From assembly GCA_964517135.1 (NCBI GenBank), contig CAZFBA010000017.1:12605-76604 (forward strand): 64,000 bases of DNA, given 5' to 3'. The stretch comes from an uncultured Gammaproteobacteria bacterium. Lineage in GTDB: Bacteria; Cyanobacteriota; Vampirovibrionia; JBFMGH01. The position numbers and the translations under genes were made by a program. This document shows, piece by piece, positions 9,659-18,577 of the stretch. Positions within the stretch are counted from its first letter, which is position 1. Each line of letters opens with the position of its first letter. The notes under the pieces are model-generated. The model did no database searches. It saw only the letters and a list, made by a program, of their open reading frames with translations, and was not told the origin of the DNA.

Positions 9659-11446
9659 TTGCTAAAAAAAATCATTATAGAAGATGACAATAAAGCTGTA
9701 TTGCTTATTATACTTATATTTACAATGCTCTATGTATTAACATTTGGTCGCTGGGGGCTGGTTATCATAGACAGTTTTAGAGAACCCTTTATTGCGAGCC
9801 AGATGCTGGAAGGAGCTGTTCTCTATAAAGATTTAGCATACCTCTTTGGCCCTTTCATACCCTGTCTTTATGCAGTATTGTTCAGTCTTTTTGGGGTTAA
9901 CCTTATACCTCTTTATCTGATTAACGGCCTGATGACTTTGCTTTATAGTTTGATACTATATTATTTGTCAAGGCAAATTCTTTCTATAAAGTCTTCTGTA
10001 GTTGTTGTGCTGCTTTTTTTCTTTGTATGTGCCTTTTTTCCAACGTTGAAAAATTATATTTTTACTTACACAGCATCAGCCTCGTATGGCAGCTTTTTTG
10101 CTATTGCTACTCTGGCCTGCTTTGTCTATCATTTTAAATCTCAAAAAAACAACATACTTTATTTTGCAGCTTTATTAAGTGCTTTAACCTTTTTAACAAA
10201 ACATGAATTTGCTGTTGCAGTAAGTCTATTATGGCTTTTTTACTTAATATTCTCCAGATTTTTTATCTCAACGTCTTTAAAAATATATATTTTACCAATC
10301 ATTCTTTTTGCTGCAATAGCTGTTATACCTTACTGGCTGTTTATTGTGCCAGCCGGCTATTCAAATATACTTGCAATAGTTATGCCAGTAGAGGCAATAA
10401 ACTCTCTTGAACATTATCATCATTATTTCATCAGATCAGGTATTACACTTGAATCTGTAACAGCAGGGGTTTTCTTCTTTGCATTTTTTGCTTTTATTTC
10501 TTCAGCAGTAATTTTGCTGGCATATTTCTATCAAATATACCGTCAGAAAAGTCTTTATCTTCCTTTAGTTATAACAACTCTTGCTCTAATGGCTTTTTGC
10601 GGGTGGCTTTATTTATCTCCGGGGGCAGCCAGAATAGTTGCGGCTTTCACCGGACAAAACTTTATGAAATTCTTTGCTGGCACTAACTTTATTATACTAA
10701 TAGTTGCTATTATTTCTTATAGAAAACTTCGAGGAGATATCAAGCATAAGATATTATTTCTATATTGTATTTTCAGCATATTTATATCTTTAAGAAGCCC
10801 TTTATTCTTAAGCCTTGAGACTTATGGTATTTATTATCTCCCAGTGGGTTTAATTATACTAATATATTTCTTTAAAAAAATTATTCCTGAGTGGCTAAAG
10901 TCTTATTTTAATACACAAAAATTGCATCAGTCAGTCAATGTGCTGTTTTTCCTGATAATATGCTTTTTTCTCTTTACCTCTACCGGGTTATACATTAAGA
11001 AAAGTTATCAGCTAAAATACGGTGATAGAGGGTTTATTATGGTAGAAAACTCTCTGGGTAAATACCTGGAAAGCGTGCTTACCTTTTTGAGAAGCAATAC
11101 TGTTGAAGGGCAAGTAATTTATGTTATACCAGAAGAGAGTTTTTATTATTATTTTACTAAAACCAGAAGCCCTTCGAGATATTTTTACACAGATGCAGCA
11201 TGGTTTAAAGGCAATAAATCAGCAGAATGCCAGCTAATAAACGATCTAACAAATAGAAAACCAGAATATATTATAATATCAAATATAAAAAGAAACTCAT
11301 ATGGAATCAAAGCTTTTGGTGAAGACTTTTGCAGTGATTTAAACAGCTGGATACATCAAAATTATAGTATAGAGAAGATAATCTCCACCCGGTTTGCCCT
11401 TAATGAAGATTATTATTATCAAATATTTATTTATAAACCTAATTGA
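9659..11446 (+). CDS. Polytopic membrane glycosyltransferase, ArnT/GT-C-like
   Basis: More than 10 TM segments, GAVLYKDLAYLFGPF and FLTKHE motifs, C-terminal soluble domain. Confidence 0.7.
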   Translation: MLKKIIIEDDNKAVLLIILIFTMLYVLTFGRWGLVIIDSFREPFIASQMLEGAVLYKDLAYLFGPFIPCLYAVLFSLFGVNLIPLYLINGLMTLLYSLILYYLSRQILSIKSSVVVVLLFFFVCAFFPTLKNYIFTYTASASYGSFFAIATLACFVYHFKSQKNNILYFAALLSALTFLTKHEFAVAVSLLWLFYLIFSRFFISTSLKIYILPIILFAAIAVIPYWLFIVPAGYSNILAIVMPVEAINSLEHYHHYFIRSGITLESVTAGVFFFAFFAFISSAVILLAYFYQIYRQKSLYLPLVITTLALMAFCGWLYLSPGAARIVAAFTGQNFMKFFAGTNFIILIVAIISYRKLRGDIKHKILFLYCIFSIFISLRSPLFLSLETYGIYYLPVGLIILIYFFKKIIPEWLKSYFNTQKLHQSVNVLFFLIICFFLFTSTGLYIKKSYQLKYGDRGFIMVENSLGKYLESVLTFLRSNTVEGQVIYVIPEESFYYYFTKTRSPSRYFYTDAAWFKGNKSAECQLINDLTNRKPEYIIISNIKRNSYGIKAFGEDFCSDLNSWIHQNYSIEKIISTRFALNEDYYYQIFIYKPN

Positions 11447-11510
11447 GCTGGTTATACCAGTTTTAGATTATTGATTGCAGGCAGTTATAAAGCCCGTATT
11501 CAACAACAAA

Positions 11511-11548
11511 AAATCCTCCTCTGGCTGTCAGTGAGCAAAGGAGGATTT
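11511..11548 (-). terminator. Intrinsic terminator between the convergent rpsR and GT genes
   Basis: 10-bp stem AAATCCTCCT/AGGAGGATTT followed by a T-run on the minus strand. Confidence 0.7.
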
Positions 11549-11569
11549 AAAAACTTTTCTATCTTTTAT

Positions 11570-11794
11570 CTATCCCTCTAGAATATAGCCAACAAGCGAA
11601 AGTTGCCTGCAACGTTTAATAGCTCTGGTGAGCATTCTCTGGTGAAGGGCGCAGTTGCCTGTTATTCTTCTTGGTAAAATCTTGCCTCTTTCTGTCAGGT
11701 ATTTTTTGAGCTTTGGAGCATCTTTAAAATCAATCAAAGTTACTTTATCGGCACAAAAATTACAGGTTTTTCTTTTTCTACGAGCATCTGACAT
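11570..11794 (-). CDS. rpsR: 30S ribosomal protein S18
   Basis: [41 protein letters not shown]; zinc-binding Cys form. Confidence 0.98.
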   Translation of the reverse strand: MSDARRKRKTCNFCADKVTLIDFKDAPKLKKYLTERGKILPRRITGNCALHQRMLTRAIKRCRQLSLVGYILEG

Positions 11795-11818
11795 TTTATC
11801 AACTTCTCCTTTATAGAA

Positions 11819-12238
11819 CTAAAATGGTATTTCTTCTTCATCGATGAGATCATCGGGAGTTATATTATAATCATCCGCTGATGGAGGCGGTATATCATCC
11901 TCTATTTCATCAGCTCCTGTTTTTTGATCTTTAACAGACTGAATAATTTCAACATTGTTTGCATCAAGTTCAATGCCTTTTTTATCTATGCCGCTCTGGT
12001 CTTTATAGCTATTGGTTTGTAATCTGCCGTCAATAACGACTGTTTGCCCTTTTTTAACTGTTTCTGCACAGGTATCAGCAAGTTTCCTCCAGGTGATAAC
12101 CCTGACCAGATTAGGGCCTTCACTTTTTGAGGTCATCACATTAACAGTAAAAGTTGTTACAGAGATATTGTTTTGTGTAAAGCGCTTTTCAGGATCTTTA
12201 ACTACTTTTCCCATTAAGACAGCTTTGCTTATACTCAT
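11819..12238 (-). CDS. ssb: Single-stranded DNA-binding protein
   Basis: OB-fold motifs (KGQTVVIDGRLQTNSY), acidic tail DEEEIPF, position between rpsF and rpsR; ATG 12238 has GGGAG upstream. Confidence 0.96.
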   Translation of the reverse strand: MSISKAVLMGKVVKDPEKRFTQNNISVTTFTVNVMTSKSEGPNLVRVITWRKLADTCAETVKKGQTVVIDGRLQTNSYKDQSGIDKKGIELDANNVEIIQSVKDQKTGADEIEDDIPPPSADDYNITPDDLIDEEEIPF

Positions 12239-12249
12239 TTTGGCTCCCA

Positions 12250-12618
12250 TTATTGTTTGTTGTTAACGGTTTCTCTCACTTTTACAGGCCTTGCTATTGG
12301 TGCAGCAGTGGCAAGTGCCTTTTCAACCTTTTTTTCATCCATTTTGAGGATCATTTCACGAATAACATTTTCATTCAGTTTCAAATTTCTTCTCAGAGCT
12401 GTTATTTTATCAGCTTCAAGTTGAAAAATGGATTCAACATAAAAGCCATCTCTGAATTTATTTATTTCATAGGCTAATTTTTTTCGTCCTATTTTTTCTG
12501 TTTTTAATATTTTGCCATTCAGATTTAAAATGTAATCCTCAACGGTTTTTATTGCTGCTTCGACACTATCTGGGTCGAGAGTTGGCCTGAAACAGTAAAT
12601 CATTTCGTAAGTATTCAA
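12250..12618 (-). CDS. rpsF: 30S ribosomal protein S6
   Basis: YEMIY, IGRKKLAYEINK, LKLNENVIR; SD GGAGGTG before the TTG start. Confidence 0.97.
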   Translation of the reverse strand: MNTYEMIYCFRPTLDPDSVEAAIKTVEDYILNLNGKILKTEKIGRKKLAYEINKFRDGFYVESIFQLEADKITALRRNLKLNENVIREMILKMDEKKVEKALATAAPIARPVKVRETVNNKQ

Positions 12619-12909
12619 AGTTATATTTACACCTCCATAAATTCATACCTTATTACAGGCAATTAATACTAGCACAATCATAGATATGAAATAAACCATT
12701 TCTTTTAAAGATTGTTACATAAAGGGTTTATTTTGTTCACACTACGCTAAAGAGTTGCATAAAGACAGGATACACAAATGAAAGCATAAAAACAAGCATT
12801 AAGACCCGTAATACATTTTTTTTAAGTGAAAACAAGCACTGAAGATAAAAGATTAATGTATATAATAAACGCCATAAGTAATCATATTAAAGCGGATAAA
12901 TGGCGAGTG

Positions 12910-13043
12910 TTTTAGAATTATTTAATTCTTTTTATAGCCTGGTATAGTAAGAAATAAAAGACTCTCACCGAAGTGGACTAAGAGATAGTGTGAGAAAATA
13001 GAAACCAAAACTAAACGACATAAAAAATTAAACAATTCTAAAA
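12910..13043. repeat. Family C element: about 134 bp bounded by inverted copies of TTTTAGAATTRTTTAATT
   Basis: 12910-12932 TTTTAGAATTATTTAATTCTTTT versus 13022-13043 AAAAAATTAAACAATTCTAAAA; the same motif recurs at 16783, 42735 and about 49197. Confidence 0.65.
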
Positions 13044-13226
13044 GTCTCTTTTTCAGGTTATACATCAGTTTTATATTAAGAATTGTAAAGACTAATCATA
13101 AACTAATTGAGAGTTTTTCTCATTTGGTTTATGATTAGTCAATTCTACAATCAGGCTAAAATCCTTTATCTGTAAGTTATATCAAAACTTATTTTGTTTA
13201 TATTTAATAATAAAAGTTAAAATGGG

Positions 13227-14384
13227 ATGAATAAGCTTTCTCTGGCAACCAGTATTTTTAAAACAATGGAAACGGATGCTTCTATGGCATTATTTATGCG
13301 TGACACAGGTGGGTGCCTTGTGCCAAAGCTAGCAGTATCCAGAAGTGTTGATGAAGCCAGAGAAATAACATTTGCTGAACTAGCTGAATCTGCCATATTT
13401 TATTTTTCTATTGCGCCAATTGCAATATTAAATTCAAAAATCTTTTCTAAAGTCTTTAAAAACAGCTCTAAAGAAATTGCTCAAAACATTAAAACTCTTG
13501 ACAAACAAGCAATAGATAAAGTTAGAAACATTAAACTGGCAAAAGTTGGTCGTATAGGTGCTTCTTTTAGTATTCTATTGCCTTTGATTTATGCAATAGC
13601 ACCTATCAGAAATCTTATTACCCTTAAAAAAACAGGTAAAGAAGAATTTATAAAAGTTGTTAACCTTAAAAAAAGTAATAATAAACCAAAGAGCAAAGGT
13701 TTAAATAGGTCTGAAAAAATTAAAGCAGAAGAAAAAGCCAGGCAAAACTCTATTAAACTGTTAAAAAAACTGGGAGCAATAACAATAACTGGCTTAACTG
13801 TTACGGCCGGGTTTATTTCACTGGCCAAAAACCCGACTATATTTAAAAAAGCAGAACCGTTTATTAATGGTCTTATCAAAAAACTTGATTTTAATGGAAA
13901 TAATGCAACACTTAAACAATTTGGATATCTTATAATGCCTGTCAGCGTCGGAAGTTATTTAGCTGCATCAAGAGACAAATATGAAGTTCTGGAAAACATT
14001 CAGAGGTTTGCTATTACTATACCTATGATGTTCTTTGGGCAGGATGCCATTGAAAAAAGGATTTATAAATTCTTCGATAAAAAGTTTGGCTCTAACCTTA
14101 CGACAGGCAACAGTATCAAAACGTACAAAGAAATATTTGCTGAAACCACAAATCAAACCAAAAATCTTAAAAGTAAAAATTGGTCTATTGCCCTTGCATT
14201 TCTGATTAATACATCTCTTATGGCAGCAGCAGTAGGCCTGTTAAACCGTGTGGCAACTAAAAAACGTTATATACGTTCTCAAAAAGAATTATTTGCAAAC
14301 AAGCCATTTGAAAATCAGGTTCTTAAGTGGCAAAATGGCTTTCACCAAAAACAATACAGGCGGCAGTTAAGTCAAATAACCTGA
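13227..14384 (+). CDS. Hypothetical basic membrane protein, 385 aa
   Basis: Several hydrophobic segments separated by Lys-rich loops; no motif assigned. Confidence 0.8.
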   Translation: MNKLSLATSIFKTMETDASMALFMRDTGGCLVPKLAVSRSVDEAREITFAELAESAIFYFSIAPIAILNSKIFSKVFKNSSKEIAQNIKTLDKQAIDKVRNIKLAKVGRIGASFSILLPLIYAIAPIRNLITLKKTGKEEFIKVVNLKKSNNKPKSKGLNRSEKIKAEEKARQNSIKLLKKLGAITITGLTVTAGFISLAKNPTIFKKAEPFINGLIKKLDFNGNNATLKQFGYLIMPVSVGSYLAASRDKYEVLENIQRFAITIPMMFFGQDAIEKRIYKFFDKKFGSNLTTGNSIKTYKEIFAETTNQTKNLKSKNWSIALAFLINTSLMAAAVGLLNRVATKKRYIRSQKELFANKPFENQVLKWQNGFHQKQYRRQLSQIT

Positions 14385-14475
14385 TTAGTATTAGAAGTCT
14401 CTCTCTAGTTAACGTTTTTCAACATCTTTTGCTTCACTCAGGCGAAAAATATAATAACAGGGGTCTCAAAATAAC

Positions 14476-14603
14476 TATACCATTCCACGTAAAAATTAAT
14501 ATATGCTGATAGAATTCAGTAGGGTGTTTTTGCCTGCACAGCGGGCAAAAACACCCGGCCTCTATAATCTGGAATCTATTCATTACTTTCAAGGATCAGT
14601 ATA
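14476..14603. mobile_element. Family B MITE/REP-like element, copy 1 (128 bp)
   Basis: Near-identical to 49284-49412; ends TATACCATTCC / GGATCAGTATA; central 16-bp hairpin GGGTGTTTTTGCCTGC-ACA-GCGGGCAAAAACACCC. Confidence 0.8.
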
Positions 14604-14787
14604 AAAGTTCTCAGATAAAAGAAATTGGTGTCATTAGTAATGCCTTAATTAATCAGAGCTTCCTCTTGATTATTTGATGGTGAAACATTTATTATGGAAA
14701 AAGGGTTTACAAAATAAAACTACATCAATATTCAATATTACAAAAACCTTATGGCGTTTTGAGTTTAAGAATTTGAGGGTGTCAGAG

Positions 14788-15921
14788 ATGTTTAAATCTA
14801 CCATTATCAGTTTTTTGACAGTGATATTATCTTTCAATATTTTATTAATGCCAGGTTATGCCAGGGAAGAAGCAGATTTATTGCCGTTTATTAAAAATCA
14901 TAGCTGGAAAGATATTAAAACCAACACGGCAAAAGATGAAGAATTTCAGATTCTAGTTAGTATGGCAACAGAAGACAGCATAAAAGCTTTAAGAGCTTTA
15001 ACAGACTCAAAAACAGCATCTTCAGATGATAAAATTCTTGCTATTAGAGCACTTGGACTTTTAAAGGATAAAAATTCCTCTGCTTTTATAACAGATTTAC
15101 TTTTAAACAGTAAAACACCTCTTATAGTCTATATGTCAGCCTGGAGCCTGATTAATATTGGTGGTGAACGTAACTATTTCTTTGTTACAGAAAACTTTCA
15201 ACGTATAAAATCGCTGATGAAGGATGATGATTTAACCTATTCTCTTTTGATAGACCTAGCTTATAACTATAAAACAAAACCTGCTTTAAAGTTAATGGCT
15301 GATTACCTTGATGTAACTCCTTTAAACATTTATAAGCCTGTATTTCTATTTACTGTTTATGGCAAGAATCTTGATTCAGAACAGATTTTAAACTATTACG
15401 TTAATTCAAAAGACAAGAATATAAGACTTAATGCTATTCAAATACTTGGTCGCTGGTATGCTACACCGAATGCCGTTTTCCCATTTGAGCTTATTCTAAA
15501 AACTGAAACTGATACAGATATAAGAAATGCCATAATTGTAGGACTGAAAAAGATAGCTACTAAACAGGCTGTAGCTTTATTATCTCATATTGCATCTAAT
15601 GGCATTAATGAAAAGGAAAAAGCTTATGCCAGAGCTGCTTTAGAGCATGTTAATAAGCTGACAGGGCAGGCAAAGAAAGAGAAACAGTCAGGCAATGCAC
15701 CTCAATTTAGCAAATTTAAAGAAGAATATTTTAAGTTAATGAGCTCAAAAGGCTATGATGGTTCATATATTCAGCTAGAAAAGAATGCTCAGTTTAAAGA
15801 TATACCAAGACTCGAGACATTGAGAGAAACTATAATGCTTAACGTTTCTGAAAATGCTACTATTAATTATGATAAAGTTACTGATATAATTACAAAATTA
15901 TACATTCAGAATGAACAATAG
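14788..15921 (+). CDS. Exported HEAT-repeat protein
   Basis: Signal peptide from ATG 14788 (GAGGGTG upstream); HEAT-like units AIRALGLL, RLNAIQILG, RNAIIVGLKKI. Confidence 0.75.
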   Translation: MFKSTIISFLTVILSFNILLMPGYAREEADLLPFIKNHSWKDIKTNTAKDEEFQILVSMATEDSIKALRALTDSKTASSDDKILAIRALGLLKDKNSSAFITDLLLNSKTPLIVYMSAWSLINIGGERNYFFVTENFQRIKSLMKDDDLTYSLLIDLAYNYKTKPALKLMADYLDVTPLNIYKPVFLFTVYGKNLDSEQILNYYVNSKDKNIRLNAIQILGRWYATPNAVFPFELILKTETDTDIRNAIIVGLKKIATKQAVALLSHIASNGINEKEKAYARAALEHVNKLTGQAKKEKQSGNAPQFSKFKEEYFKLMSSKGYDGSYIQLEKNAQFKDIPRLETLRETIMLNVSENATINYDKVTDIITKLYIQNEQ

Positions 15922-15963
15922 GTTTTTGTGCAACAAAAAAATGATCATTTATACGCTGGGTAG

Positions 15964-16674
15964 CTATTCCTGTGGAAAGTCAAAATAGGTTTCAGGGTAA
16001 GGCTCATCTTCATATGTAAAGTGCCACCATTCTTCTTCTAGCGGCTTGAACCCGTGCTGGATCATTAAAGTTCTTAATAATAAACGATTAGCCCGTGCTT
16101 GATAGGGTATATTTTTGTAGTCAGGGTGAGATTTTTTACCGAAGAAGTCAAACCCTGAGCCCATGTTAAGATCCTGAGGATGCCCTTTTTTATCGTAGCC
16201 TGCTATAGTCAAATCGACTGTTGAACCTCTGCTATGGCTTGAGCGTGCTGCAATATAGCCGTCTGTAAACAGGTTTTCTTTCTTAACATCAGGGTAGTAT
16301 TGTTTTTTCATCTTTGTATCATTGATATCCTTTGCCCATTCAACAAAATCGTTAACAGCAGATTGTGGTCGATAGGCATCAAAGATTTTTAGTGTAAGTC
16401 CCATTTCTTCAAGATTTTCTTGAACCTTTGCAAGGGCTTCAGTTGCAGGTTTGCTTAGAATTAACCTGGCGTTTTTGTAGCCTTTTACGGGTCTACCGAG
16501 AAAGTTATTTGATGTTTTATAACGTATATCAAGAATTATGCCGGGTATAGCTTCTTTCAGGTAGCAGAAATCAGCAGGTTTTTTAGTAATATCCTGAGCA
16601 TTAGCAACAAAACAGGTAAAAAATACTATTAAAAAACTACTTAAAGTAATCATCAGGGTGTTTAGTTTTTTCAT
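15964..16674 (-). CDS. ddpX: D-alanyl-D-alanine dipeptidase, VanX/DdpX (M15D)
   Basis: DAYRPQ, SSHSRGSTVDLT, MGSGFDFF, EEWWHF; N-terminal signal peptide. Confidence 0.93.
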   Translation of the reverse strand: MKKLNTLMITLSSFLIVFFTCFVANAQDITKKPADFCYLKEAIPGIILDIRYKTSNNFLGRPVKGYKNARLILSKPATEALAKVQENLEEMGLTLKIFDAYRPQSAVNDFVEWAKDINDTKMKKQYYPDVKKENLFTDGYIAARSSHSRGSTVDLTIAGYDKKGHPQDLNMGSGFDFFGKKSHPDYKNIPYQARANRLLLRTLMIQHGFKPLEEEWWHFTYEDEPYPETYFDFPQE

Positions 16675-16750
16675 AGCTGCTTATACTCCATTCTTGAATA
16701 CATAAAGAACATTAAATACCCGGAAATATTTTTATCACAAAAATATAACA

Positions 16751-16825
16751 AACGTCATAAGTAATCAGATTTCAGTGGATAATTTTAGAATTGTTTAATT
16801 CTTTGATATCGTTTAGTATAGTTTT
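16751..16825 (-). repeat. Family C repeat, long form
   Basis: Reverse complement aligns with 49181-49258 (TACTAAAC...AAAGAATTAAACAA.TCTAAA...GAAATCTGATTACTT.TGACGTT). Confidence 0.7.
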
Positions 16826-16889
16826 CATCAAAAGAAGCTGGCAATAAAAACCGCAGGTTTTGCAATAATACCGCTAAAGACCAAAAAAA

Positions 16890-16909
16890 TACCGCTTATA
16901 CAAGCGGTA
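16890..16909 (-). terminator. Intrinsic terminator after the 120-aa gene
   Basis: Stem TACCGCTT/AAGCGGTA with a T7 run on the minus strand. Confidence 0.65.
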
Positions 16910-16934
16910 AAAGTTTTACAAAGAGAGCTTGTTA

Positions 16935-17297
16935 TTATTTCATGTTTGAATATGCATTCAAGTATGTTTGTTTGAGATTGTCGTAATATTGTTTTTTGCT
17001 TTCGTCTGTTGTAATAGCTTTAAGGGTTTCGATTTTGCTCATTACTGCTGAATAATCTGATTCTTTTGATCCAGAAGATGATAGCCCAAGCGCACTAAGA
17101 ACGGATAACATGGTAGATGATATTTGTGGTGCTCCTTTTGTGGTTTTGTCACCTTTTTTCCCTGCCGGACCAGTTGAGGGTTCATTTTTCTTAAAGTCAA
17201 ACTGTTCTTCACTTTTAACTTTATCATCCTGTTTGTTTGGTTGATTTTGTTCAGGGTTTACAGGTTTATTGGTATTAAAATTTGTATTCATAAACAT
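16935..17297 (-). CDS. Hypothetical low-complexity protein, 120 aa
   Basis: SD GGGGGA upstream, own terminator; N/Q/K/P-rich N-half and helical C-half. Confidence 0.8.
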   Translation of the reverse strand: MFMNTNFNTNKPVNPEQNQPNKQDDKVKSEEQFDFKKNEPSTGPAGKKGDKTTKGAPQISSTMLSVLSALGLSSSGSKESDYSAVMSKIETLKAITTDESKKQYYDNLKQTYLNAYSNMK

Positions 17298-17503
17298 TTG
17301 AGTTAAATCCCCCTTTTAATTTAATGTGTAAAAATATCAGGTGCGTGTGGTGTAGTTCAAGCAAGACATACCTTTAAAAAAAGCCTTGCAATTTAATTAT
17401 AATTTAGCCGTAAAGCATTTACCTGATTCCGGGGAACTAATTTTAAGCAATATGACTTTATAAAGGTGTCATTATGCATCACTCAAAGCTTTAAAACTGC
17501 TAT

Positions 17504-17992
17504 TTAACGTGGTTTGTGGGCAGCCTGATAGATTACAGCAAAGAGAAAACCTGAAAATGCACTAAATGCAGCCGTAATTAAAATACTACCAAGTATAAAC
17601 AGTGTGGCAATAACGATATATATAGTTACTCCGAAAGCATACTGTTCCAGATTAATATTATGCTCCTGTAAGGCAATTGCCCCTGTACCGGTGACTAAAA
17701 CAACTATTAGAAGTGTCACAAATAGCAGGTTTAATATTATTACAGACAGAACCCCACTGATAGTGCCGCTGACAGCACCTTTTAAATAATCAAGATGGCC
17801 GGTAGCGATTAAAACTGTTACAGCTCCTACGATGCCAGGTAATATCATTTTGATAAAGCATATTGGACAGCCACAACAGATATTTACCAGGGGTACAAAA
17901 GAAAGAAAGCCTGATAGAAAAAACAATGCTGTAATAATGACAAATGAGATGAGGCCTCCAAGGGCAGAAAATATATAAAATCTTTTATCCAT
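17504..17992 (-). CDS. Small 4-TM membrane protein with a CCGC motif
   Basis: Four hydrophobic helices; NICCGCPIC; GAVSGTISG glycine motif. Confidence 0.75.
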   Translation of the reverse strand: MDKRFYIFSALGGLISFVIITALFFLSGFLSFVPLVNICCGCPICFIKMILPGIVGAVTVLIATGHLDYLKGAVSGTISGVLSVIILNLLFVTLLIVVLVTGTGAIALQEHNINLEQYAFGVTIYIVIATLFILGSILITAAFSAFSGFLFAVIYQAAHKPR

Positions 17993-18024
17993 AGGTATTT
18001 TATGTTTTTAAAACGCAATCCATC

Positions 18025-18522
18025 TTAAGCAGAACGTTTTTTGCTGCCTGGTTTCAAGTTTAAATAGGTATCATAAATAAAATAAAACAGCAGCACAAAA
18101 CAAATAAGCGCTAAAAGGGCTGTTTTCAGGTTCCAGCTGTTTTTAATTGATACATCTATATCGTGTTTTTTGTTTTCTAAAAAGAGGTTTAGATCATTTT
18201 TAATGCTCTTAGCTTCATCATAAGGAAGATATGCACCACTGTCAACAATGATATCATCTTCACCTGTTACAATATGAAGTTTTGAGATATTATTTTTCTC
18301 ATTATAATTGATTTCAATCTTTTTAATATCAGTTGCCTCAATTTTAATAGAGTTTTCACTGACAAAGGGGCTATTGCGCTCTACCAAACAGGCAGGGTTA
18401 CCGTATTTATTTTGCGAACAATGCAACTTAACTGAGGCTACGGAATCAATATGCATTAAAATCAGCATAAACAGCAAAAAAAGAATAAAAACAATATTTT
18501 TAATCAGCACAAAGTTTTTCAT
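18025..18522 (-). CDS. Two-TM membrane protein with a periplasmic loop
   Basis: N- and C-terminal hydrophobic helices; two Cys in the loop. Confidence 0.75.
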   Translation of the reverse strand: MKNFVLIKNIVFILFLLFMLILMHIDSVASVKLHCSQNKYGNPACLVERNSPFVSENSIKIEATDIKKIEINYNEKNNISKLHIVTGEDDIIVDSGAYLPYDEAKSIKNDLNLFLENKKHDIDVSIKNSWNLKTALLALICFVLLFYFIYDTYLNLKPGSKKRSA

Positions 18523-18577
18523 AAGGATAGTTTAAAATAATTATTTCGTCCGGTAAATAATTTAATAAAGATATTTT

